Shown: one piece after another, positions 1 through 10,547 of the stretch
How the letters are laid out: the number at the start of each line of letters is the position of its first letter
How positions within the stretch are numbered: the first letter of the stretch is position 1
Origin: Ramazzottius varieornatus
Lineage: Eukaryota; Animalia; Tardigrada
Length of the DNA: 64,000 nucleotides
NCBI GenBank assembly: GCA_001949185.1
Contig: BDGG01000001.1
Location: 3,799,324 to 3,863,323, forward strand
Reading direction: 5' to 3'
The notes under the pieces: model-generated
What the model saw: the letters and a program-made list of their open reading frames with translations, nothing else
The model's database searches: none
What the model was told of the DNA's origin: nothing
Program-made: the position numbers and the translations under genes

Positions 1-1103
1 AAGAAAGGCCAGCACCAGAAAATGCAGAAAAAGAAGAGGCAAACTCGCTTTCGCTAACAGTGGGCTTACGAAGGTTTCGCCGAAAGTGGAGCTTGCCTGG
101 TTTCCAGTCGTAGTTGGGAACACCTCTCTGTCCGAGCGTCGTAACATCCACCTTTTTCTTCATCGTTTCCACAAGTGAGTTAACAATGTCCTTCTGCCCA
201 GTCTTCTTCTTGTGTCCACCCAGTCTCTGTCCAGAACCCTCGAAAGGATTGAACTTGGAAGCTGAAGGCAGCGCGTCCGCATCGACCATCATCGGTTCGT
301 CCTCCTCGATTTCTTGCTTCCTCGGTAGTCGTTCCGGTTCCTTGTACCCAACTGGAGCATCGAAGTCCACCTGCAAAGAAAAATTAGTATGCTTATCAAC
401 GTGACGGGAAAAGACAGCAGGTAGACGCAGACACCACTGTGGCACGCCATACGGCGATACCGCCCACGCCACACCACCCATTAAACGAGTGATATGCAAA
501 CACCGAATGGCGCACAAAAAAAAACCATACCTGCATATCGGTTTCGATGATTGACACAGCTTCCGCTGGCTTCGTTTCCTGGACCAAGAGCTCGAAGATT
601 TTGGAGTTGTACTCGATGGCAATGATATCACCAACGGTAAGGCAAGCGACACCTCGAAGAGTACTTTCTAGCACGGCACGAGGATCCGTAATGTCCAAGA
701 AGTCGACTGACTGAGGCTGAAACTTTGAATATGTTGCCACAGGTAGAGAGACGCTCTGGACCTGAACAATCTCTCCCTCGTCAACGAACAGGTTTCTCAT
801 CATCCACGAAGGCATGTACATAAATCCCTCATCCGCGATGAACTCCAGAACGCCACCGTGAGTAGTCCTTCCGCTGTGAGCGAGGTTCCGTAACTTGAAC
901 AGCATAGGAAACTGCACGTTCATCTGGCTCAAGACGTGCAGCGCGGACGGTGGTAGAATAATCTTTCCTCCTTTCTCCACATCGGGACGAGTTCCGTTGG
1001 GAAGCATGGCCGTGGAGTAACAGCGATACTCCCGTGTGAATCCTCTACCAGGGAACATATGCCCCATTCCCATCTGATTCATCACATCCTCGAACGCAAA
1101 CAT
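1..1103 (-). CDS. UFD1: Ubiquitin fusion degradation protein 1 (p97/VCP adaptor); exons 531-1103 and <1-370; the last few codons lie beyond the window start
   Basis: Motifs [59 protein letters not shown] intron 371-530 joins ETDMQ|[13 protein letters not shown]. Exon 2 reads [11 protein letters not shown] ... [17 protein letters not shown] ... [10 protein letters not shown], the typical UFD1 C-terminus. Confidence 0.96.
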
Positions 1104-1813
1104 GGTTGCTGGAGATGGAGTCACAGCTTTGAGTACGGCAAAGACGGCTGTACAGAACTTTCACAGGTTGACGAAGGACGATGAAGGAACAATCGCAGGT
1201 CTCGCAGTCCAAAACGAACACAATTTCGAATAGTCAACGTGAGGAGTCGAAGGGCGAACTATTGTACGTGCTCGTTATCGTGAATGACAGTGCAAATTGT
1301 GTCAAAGCGAAAACTGCGATAATCTGTAATATTGATAGCTGGCTGGGTGCTTGATTGAATGAGATTGGTTGCACCTTCGTGACAGTATCGAACTTGGGAG
1401 CAGGATTCACGAAGAGGAACCCCGAAGTCGGAATCCGGAAGACGTCCGGGTCTTGCCAATTCAACCGTCAAAGGGTGGCCGTTTCGCTTCTCTGAATTCT
1501 TAGGGCTCGCTTTGTTACAATTAACACACACGCCTACAGCCATCATGTTGCTTGCAATATAGTACGCTTATAAATCTCTTTCAGGAGAATGGTCTGGGAC
1601 CGGGACACCGAACGGTCCCCGACGCCAGTAATAAGACCATGGTTAGACCGCTCCCTAGCCCTCGCCAGGTGTGATGTCGGTCTGTCGGGCTCTTTCCTCA
1701 GATTGTGCTGCTGCGGTGTACAAGACAATTGGACTAATCACCGAAAACTTGGAGGCTGGAGCATGCCATAGTGTTATTTCAGTCCGGAATTCTGATTTTG
1801 CGGCGTTCTGGGG

Positions 1814-1851
1814 ACGTCGTCAGGGCACGTCGTCAGGGCACGTCGTCAGGG
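1814..1851. repeat. 13-bp tandem repeat (acgtcgtcagggc), about 3 copies
   Basis: Directly visible. A second short tandem (caattgaagYacat, about 2.5 copies) lies at 2004-2039. Confidence 0.9.
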
Positions 1852-2102
1852 TAAATGGCCAGGGTAGGTACGTGTTTATAGATATCGTCTCCGTAAACCA
1901 AATAAACCGCTGCGGATTGCAGGATTTTTTGCACTGGACGAGCTTCTTGATGCATTTCCGGACATTGCGTAGCCGGAAATGATAGATGAACGGGTCAAGC
2001 ATGCAATTGAAGTACATCAATTGAAGCACATCAATTAAGCCCTCCGCACGACAGGCCGTAAAACTCCGTTGATTGTGTTGATCTTGAAAGTGGATTACGA
2101 AG

Positions 2103-2152
2103 TTTCGCTTTCAACATAAGCAGCCCTCGAGTAGCTTATCTTGAAAGCGAAA
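2103..2152. repeat. Inverted repeat/hairpin with a 19-bp stem and one mismatch
   Basis: tttcgctttcaacataagc pairs with gcttatcttgaaagcgaaa. An outer pair, actccgtt (2063) / aacggagt (2152), is also present. Confidence 0.8.
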
Positions 2153-2666
2153 ACGGAGTATTCTCTGCACACTTGACTCAAAATTTCAAATTTTCATTTC
2201 TCAGCTGATCTCTGTCTGCACAGTGCTTCACGTTGCGAGATACCGTTTCACGTATGGGCTTCTTGATACCTATTAGTGTCGGGGATATCGACAGTCAGAG
2301 ACTAGCCAGAGAGAAAACCATGAATTTCAGCCTAGTCAGGAGGCAAAGTTTGTCTACAAACCAAGCCTGTAACGGCTTGCTATGCTTTGCTTTCACTTTG
2401 CCTTCATGCAAGACTGCACATTGCCTCCAAGGTGACTCATGCGTAGTGAATCACGTGACAGCACGAAATCGCGTAGCTGAGTAGCATAAAACCACGAGAC
2501 AACACACCTTTAACCTCTCGCCCTTACGCGCCGTGACTTCGTAACCAAGAATTAGCGGACTAGAACGATGCCTATTACGAATGTTCTTGCCTTAAATTAT
2601 CACTTCCTGCGATCTACTTTCGCTTTCTACGTGTTTTGCCCTGATTCCACCAACTTTCGTCTCGTC

Positions 2667-5600
2667 ATGGAAAGGCCGCCGATAATTTTGTCCGACGATG
2701 AAGACGACGTTATTTTTGATGGCTCGGTTGTGAACGGAACGTCCAGCGTGGATGGTACGCCAAAAGACAACAAGCGGATTAAGCTGGAGAATGCTGACCA
2801 GGGAAGCCCATCTGCTTCTTTCGATGATGTGGCTTACCCGAACGACCAGACTACAATAACGAGCAACTACAACGATAACTCGCTTATTGCGAGCACATGT
2901 TCTGGATACAGAGGGCAAGTACCGATTTCTTTTCCATTTAGTCTGCTAAATGTGCCGGCGAGGTCCATGTTTTATACGCATGTTCCTTGCCTTGTATAAG
3001 CCGGCGACCAATGTTTCGCACATGCCGGTGAGGTCTATTTAATATTGGCCAGTAACTATCCATCTTTGCAGTCTGCCGGCAACAACTGGTTACCACTCAT
3101 GACAACTACCCTACTCATCTTTGTCGGTTTAGAAATTCGGCTCCGCCGAGCGGGGATAACTCTCTCATATATCACTCGGACGAAGAAGACTATGACCTGT
3201 CGGCTAACTCCACGAGTGCTGTAGCGGCTGCCGGCAATTTGTCCTTGTCCCCCACCCCGTAAGTAAAACCTGCTTTCGTGTTTGCCGGCGCGCTCTTTTT
3301 GACACAACCCAGCAGCAACACTTAATGTATACACACTAGATGATCCATGATACTCTGGAGGTTAATTTAACATACAATAACAGGTGTGCCGGCGATGTCT
3401 GTTTTATATACTCCAAAGATTGGTATCTTACACAAGCCGCCGAAGAAAACATTTTACCTAATATTACACGCATTATAACACAGCGGTCTGTTTTAGAATG
3501 GAACCATGCAAAACTAGTAGCAAGTCGTCCTCGTACGTACCGGAAGACGAAGGCCATGAGATAGCCCAAGGGATAGCACAGAAAACTCGACAGTCTTGGC
3601 GGAGTTAGCACGATTTCGGTCAGAAACAATACTGTTCAAACTAGATTGGCGTAAGCTGATTTGCTGGTTCTTGTAGTGACACGTCATTTTCAGCGCCGAA
3701 AAATTTTCAAGAACACCCGTCCTGTCGCTCGTGCTGTTTGAACTTCCATTTGATCCGTCCGCCGAAGACAGCGTTTTCGGACCATGTTACGGATTATGAG
3801 TGATGCACCTGCACACTCAAGGGGTAACGGCAATATCTGCCGGCGAGGTCGTGGCATCATCTGCCTGCAACTCCCGGACACTATGCGCTGGCGAGGTTCC
3901 GGCACTTAGTGCCGGCGTGGTTTTTGAATTGAGATTTTGCTGTTTTGCATGACTTGAGGTACCGCTGTTTTCAAACATCGGAAAGTGACTCCTCCGTCTT
4001 GGCGTGGCTCAGCAGTCCCGAAGTTCTTTATGTGTATGGCTGCAGCAAGATGCCTCAGTGCTTCCAAGGACGTGCCTGGTTCGCGGTAATCTTCGAGCCC
4101 GAACAACGTGAGCGGATCTACGGGCTGGTTGCGGGCGATGGTAACGGCTGCTGGAAGGACAAGAACCGAAGATTCGGCCGTGGCAAGAAGCTCGACGACG
4201 AGAGAACGCCATTTGTGTATATGAAGAAAGACTGGTACAGCTGGCCCAACGGACAATCAAACGGCTTCAAAAGAAGAATTCTGGCCTTGGTAGAATCGAA
4301 CGACAAATGGAAGGTTCCACTCGGTAATTTTCTGGTTGTGGAGTATTCGTGGCAGGAGGGTAGCACAACGCAGCAGTTCAAACCGGAAAAACCTACACGA
4401 ACCGCTCCGTTACCAGTGAAATGCGGAAATTGGCATCACCAGTTGCCCGTGGGAAGTCTCTTACTTCCAGGGACATCTACTTTGAAGTGGCTTCAGCAGT
4501 TCCTGAAATGGACCGAGCACTAAATCCGTTTCATGGTTCCACCGGAATTCGTCAAGCAGCCACTATCAAAACCGCAGCAAACAGGGAAGTCTACGGTTCT
4601 GATGCGGAGAGCTCTTTACGTGCGAGAGACGATGTTATTTCGCGGCAGTACCTGAACAAAGATGGCACCAAATCAGAGAACTACATTCTTGCCGATCCTC
4701 ATCATGTTGGATTGCTTGCAGTGAATGGGAGTCGTCGGCAAAAGCGTAAGTGTCATCCAGTGCGATCTGCGAAGTCATTAGTCTGTAACTTAGCGCGTTC
4801 GTTAACGGTATGCTAGCGAGCTCGCTGATATACTAACCAACGAGCATCCTTTTGCATATACCGGCGAGCTCGATGGTATCCAAGCCGACGAGCTTGATTT
4901 GCTTACGTCAGCGAGCTCGTCAATTTTACCTCTCTAAGCCACGATGCTACTGATTATGCTAAGACATGTCCTATTGAATTTACGTTGGTTTCAGGCATAC
5001 TACACGTGCAGCTCGACTTGACGTTCAACCTCTGCAACATGTTTGCCGTCACGATGGTCATCCAGCATTCGTTCTGCAAGAATGCGGAAACCGGGAAACC
5101 TGCCCTTGTCATCGGTCCTACGATGCTAACTCAGAAAAAATCACAGGCTTCATATGCGGTGTTTGCAAACTACCTTCGTGGGTGTCTGATCGGTGTTGGC
5201 GTGGATGTCCTGTCTGAAGACTGGGTCTTCAGAGATGGAGAGCGAGCTTTGTAAGAAGCGTTCCGTCAAGCCTTCCCCCGGCATAACCACACACTGTGCG
5301 TGCTGCACATCCGAAAGGGAACAGAACGATACTTTGATGGGAAGAGAAAGACTGCGTCCAAAATAGCGTTCGTTATGAATACGATTTTCGGCTACACTCG
5401 CGCAGACGGGTTGGAGAGAAGACATGTTATGGGACTGATTGACTCGGTATCGGAAGCATTCGTTCGGCGATGGACAGAAATTAAGATTTTCCTTGGTGAC
5501 GTTAACTTTCAGCGCTGTTTCGAGAGGGACCATCAGAAGAACTTCCTTGAGAAGCTTATTCTGCCCGCACGCAAACCATGGGGTTTTCTCACGATCTGCC

Positions 5601-7167
5601 CAACAAAAATCTTGCCGAAGCCGAGCACAAGGCGCTGGAAGCGTTCTTCGGAAAACACAAAGATCTAAAAGAGGTGGCTGAAAGACTGCTGAAGATGTAC
5701 GCGGACCAGCTTACCCACTTGTTCCAGTGCATGAAGAACCAGGGAAAATACAGAGTTCGGGAAGAGTTTGCTAAGGACTTGCTTCTCTCGAGGAAGGGAG
5801 CTCATGATGAACGCCATATCGTAGCCAAGTTAAAGAACATGTTCCCAAAAATTCGACGTGCAGGCGATGGTGCTCACTGCAACCCGGCGCCAGGTGAGAA
5901 TTGGTTTAAGTTTAAGCATGTGTGAAGCCGATTAGGTCTACCATATATAGCTTGACGAGGTCGACCATGTACATCTCGACGAGGTCGATCACGTAGAGCC
6001 TGGCGACATCACCGAAGCAACAAGCGCTGTTAGAGTTCGCGAGAAAGTTCGGCAGTCTGTTAGTAACCGTTTGGCCGTTATAGGTAGCTCCCGGTAAATC
6101 CTCCAGCGTATCACTACCGGAATTGCCTGAGTTTTTGACCACCAGTCTCGCACCAATGTTTGCTCACAGCTGGAACCGCGCCATGGAACTTCTGAGTGGC
6201 GGAGATGTGAGCGACTGGATCGTCCAGTTGTCCGATTTGGAATGGCTGAACTTCAAGAACAGGCAACCTGTCGCTATAGTCCGCGAAGTCCTGACATCTG
6301 AAAAGAAAAAGAATATCTAGTACTTTGTCGATATATCTAACCACCGGTGAAGGAAAGTGCAGCTGTTACCAGTCTCAGACGAATAGAGGTCCAGCATGCA
6401 AGCACATCATATCCGTGGCTGCGAATACAGGCCAAGTCGACCGGCTAGTGGAGTGGCTGAAGGTGAAAAAGAGCACGAATGTGGTTGGCAGCTGGACATT
6501 GACTGACACTGGAGATAACAAGCCTGGCCAGAAGCAGAGGACGCTGAAGGGAAAAGATTTCACCAAGCGGACAAGCATTGAGGCTCTTGACATGGACTTG
6601 CAGGAAGAAGGCCTTTGTTTTAGAGGAGAGGGATGCTCGAATGGTGAGTGTTGACCTGCGTCAAGCTGTATTCTTTTACTTTGTGTTGTGTGAACGTTCT
6701 TGTCGGAGAGCTCAGTGCTGTGTAAGCCGCAAGCTCAGTACCTTGTATCCCGGCGACTTTGATGAAGTGTGTGCCGGCGAGCTCGGCGAAGCGTTGCCAG
6801 TAGCAGCTAATATGTCGCGCTTTCCACAGAGAAACCATGGCAGGATAGTACTTACAAGTTCAAAATCACAAAGGTCTCGGTTCCTGGCTCGCGTTACCAG
6901 TGCACCGGGTGCCGAACATCGTTCATGAAGAAGCCAGCCGAACAATATCTGCTCGTCATCCATGTAGAACAGGACTTCGAAAACGGAAGTGGCGGTGTCA
7001 TTGCGTGGTCGCGATTTCGTCTGTACCATATGAACAACCGCTGTATTAAGATTCGACACAGCAAATTTCACTCCGATAACGATGTTATCCAAGACAAAAT
7101 TCTTCAGAAGTTGTCCGGTGAAGAGCGTGCCGCTATCCGCAATTTTCGTTCCGGATACATTGTCTAA
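2667..7167 (+). pseudogene. Decayed intron-containing Mutator-like (MULE) transposase with SWIM zinc finger
   Basis: MULE core LDLTFNL...VIGPTML...RDGERAL*EAFRQAFP..HTLCVLH (4997-5310, in-frame stop at 5252-5254). SWIM finger CSC-x10-CKH (6358-6405). The N-terminal DGNGCW...FKRRI...VVEY block resembles the DNA-binding region of animal MULEs, and a C-terminal YH-x4-C motif is present. Frameshifts near 4410 and 5575. Introns have GT/AG boundaries. Confidence 0.82.
5933..6005. repeat. Degenerate ~21-bp tandem repeat (gacgaggtcgaccatgtacat-like) in a MULE intron
   Basis: ggtctaccatatatagcttgacga / ggtcgaccatgtacatctcgacga / ggtcgatcacgtagagcc. Confidence 0.7.
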
Positions 7168-7489
7168 TTCGATTAAAACTTGAAATTTCATCACGGTCGT
7201 GGAAGCATTGAGCAACTTATGTAATGTTGGTAGTCTGTTTTTATTAATATTTTTCTTCATCAATGAAACGTAACAGCATGTCCCACACTTTGCTTTGTGA
7301 GCCGCGGAATCCATCCGATGGATGAGGAGACAGAATAAGAAGGGTAGGGGCAAGTATCAGAATGTATCTGCTGCAGAAGAAAGCCAACAGTATAATGTGA
7401 TAAGATATCCGATAAGAGAACTAAAGGCTTTTGTGGGCTCCGAACCAACCTGAACAATAAAGATTACCTCTTACAAGCTCATCAAGTAA

Positions 7490-9647
7490 CGGACAGCGCG
7501 ATCGACAGAGGATTCTCGTGTTTCTTTGGCTGATGCAGGCTGGGCCGGTTTCACCGACTGAGACTTCTTATCCTGAGACTTGTTCTTGGTAACACCAGCT
7601 TTCTTGGCTCCTTCAGCCTTCTGGGTAACGGCAGTCTTTTCTGGTCGCTTGGTCGTCTACTTAGACGTGCCTGCGAAACATTGCTCTATACTCAACAGTT
7701 AAATGCTCCACTGAAAAAAAGGCAGTGGAGCCTTGGAAGCAGACTGACTTGTGCAAGGCTCTTCGTCGCTGCTGACTTCTTCGAGGGTATGTGATCGCCG
7801 AGGCGCTAGAATCTGGTAGAGCTCTATCCGCTCAAACAACTCTAAAAAGTTTTCAAGACCTGTGGGTGATAGGGTCAGGTTTCTCTTTAGCGGCCTGTCA
7901 TCACCGTGGCCTCTCCCTTTGCCCTTGGTCACCTCGAATTTCATTCTCAACGTGGCGGCTAGAGAGGCACTCCAGACAGCAAATTCGCCGTGCTGATGCT
8001 TCTTCGACGCGGTCCATCTGGAACAAAGAAAGTAGGTCAATGAATTCGCATGATACTCGCACTACCTGATTACTCTGCATACTACCGTTTTCAAAATCCA
8101 CAGTACCAAAGCACTCTTTCTAAGCTTACCTTCTGAAGAAATCCCACACGCCTTTGCTGTATAGATCGCAAGAGTTACTTTTTCAAAGTTCTCGACAATC
8201 CTGTGACGATGACAAAACCCACAGCGCGAAACGAGTGTGCTGATTCTGCAAAACCTACTAACCAACTGCACCGCAGGACTTCGAGTTCTTTTCCGGAAAG
8301 TTTGCCAGACACGTTGTTCACGCAGTCGCTTTCTTCGTTGTCTTCATCATCTTCGTCGCCTTCCTCGTCTTCATCATTTTTATCCTCGTCTCCCTTTCGC
8401 TTCGTCTCTGTTAACAAACCCAGCTCACTATAAATCGTAAGTAGTTCACAATGTTAGTGCAAGCTTTGCCGAGATAACTGGATTACGCTACCTTCGGCAT
8501 CAGCAGCATTTTTCTTCTTCTTCTGCTCATCAAAGACCGTAATGACCGTAATGGCGTCCACAGTCTCGTTCACTACAAAAACATCACAGAATGTACTTTG
8601 GCGGATATACTTGGCTGTACAGGCCGGCCACCTCAACGTGAAGTACGCCGGCGACCCCACTACACTGTATGCCGACGACCTCTCAAAGCGAACCTTCATA
8701 GTTTTTATGTCGCGAATGGGGAAACATTTCGGAACACTGCCCATATCCTACCTGCTTCGAGTTCCTCGTTAGAAGACTTCTCGAGTTCGTCACTCGATAT
8801 GGTTGGTCACTCGATATGGCCCAAGATAATCGAGCCTTTGCTCGATTATCTTGGGCGGTGCATCGACTGCAGACGGTTCTACACTGTTACGATCCTGTTT
8901 GCTGCTCGTCGGACCTGCAAATATGAAACACAAGAGGCTTTGGCCGAGCAATGACCGAGCAATGAATTCCCATGAATCGCAAACAAGAACTAGAATTTCG
9001 TGAAATATTGCTGTTCGATTCAGCCTATAGTTTTCACCGTTTTGAAGTCGAGCCTGTAAATCACATAAACGCAACTCATGCTGAACAAACCTCCAGGTTC
9101 AGCTGTGGCGCCTCTTCTGCTACTTCCTTCTCCTCGGCCTCGCACGGAAGAAACTCCGTCGAACAGTACAGGAGTCAGACTTGGAGGCATCCTTGTCTTC
9201 TTCTCCGTCGTTTGCGGACTAGTGGCCCTGTCTTTCTGAGCCGTCTTCTTGTTTTTGATTCTACTAAAATCACACAAGTTAACCATCACTCACAAATCTA
9301 CCAGGAGAAATTTGCACGGTAATGCCATTTTCTACGCAGTACTGACCTGGCTCCATGAAGACATCTTTTACGCCTGAGGCCTTCGCGTCATTCTCGGCAT
9401 TCTGGAGCATCAGCGAGTCGCTGAACATCCACTCGTCATACCTAAAGAGGACAAGCACTCAAACATCTTCATTCCGCGAGCCTAATGGACACCGGAGCGT
9501 GCTTACCGTTTCCCCCAGCCTAGGTAATGAATCCTGTAGATGGGCACGGACGTGGCCTGTTCTCCGGGATACTTGTCCGCTTCGATTAGGATAATCTTGG
9601 CCTTGTGCCATTGTCCTTTGTCATTTAATTTCGTGTGGTCTCGTTTT
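7490..9647 (-). pseudogene. Decayed chromo-barrel (Tudor-knot) plus MRG-like gene (MRG15/MSL3/Eaf3-like architecture)
   Basis: Exon 9507-9647 spliced to the exon starting 9441 gives WHKAKII...YRIHYLGWGKR|YDEWM, a chromo-barrel signature. Downstream HEILVLVCDSWEFIAR(PKPL) resembles the start of the MRG domain (LVDDWDLITRQKQL) once an 11-bp tandem duplication (8944-8965) is removed. An acidic tract lies at 8330-8400, and there are stops and frameshifts. Outer boundaries are approximate. Confidence 0.62.
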
Positions 9648-10547
9648 CTGTAAGAAAGTACTAGATTGCAGTTGTGAAAAAGTTTGGCTGGGGAAGGTTT
9701 TGCAAATATTGTCCGTTCAAACGAGTGCACTGTACTGGCGCAAAAGACCGGCTCTCGGGTGCCCTACGGAATCATAAATTGACCACGACACCCCACGAAA
9801 ATTTCAACCCCCCGTATTCAAGAGCGAGCCGCAGGCGAGTACTGTTCTTGTAAAGACCTATCCAAGAGAAGAAAATGCAAAACATTCGGATACCTTCCCG
9901 CACACTGGTTCTTCGACGAAGAATCGCCGAAGATTTGCTTTGCATGCGGACATCCGGACGCATTATGGTTTTATCTAACAAACTTCCGATCGTCTGATCA
10001 TGCACGTTGATACCAAATTCTCCTTTGTGTTATGTTCATGGCGCACGCACGTATAGGGAGAATTCCCTGACTCGTCCAGGGTCTAAAGATATGTTAAATG
10101 GGAACATGATTGACCTAATCAAGTATCGGATGTCCCGATTCCGGCAGCACTAATTTCCGCCGTCTCCTGCGTGTAGAAAACGTACGCGACTACGCGTACC
10201 CAAGTTGACTACCGAGTCTTTTGATCTTACTTCATGTTTAACGCGCAAAACCAAAATCATGTTTTCAACTCTTGTTCAGCAGCGTATCGTACGAGTAACA
10301 AACATTCCTGGCAAAAGAGACTAATCACAAAAAACAGGTACTAAAATTGGAATGAGAAGGGTTAAGACTGCAACCAAGAGAAAGAATAAAACAAAAACGC
10401 GAGGTTTCCGTTTGGCGAAAAACATACCGGGTAAGAGCTTGCCTCGAAGAAAAGACTTCAGTAAAAATCAAACTACCACAGGATTCGCAATACAAGAAAG
10501 CACTGTATAAAAATGAGCGTTCTAGCGAAAGATGTGGAAGTGACAAC

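Noticed and set aside
1814-6005. Short repeats as a CRISPR-like array
   Set aside because: Eukaryotic context, no constant-length repeat/spacer periodicity and no cas genes.
1550-10330. TIRs or a 9-bp TSD enclosing the MULE plus MRG block
   Set aside because: Only 7-8-bp matches were found by eye (e.g. aggagaat, gtgttat), which is chance level.
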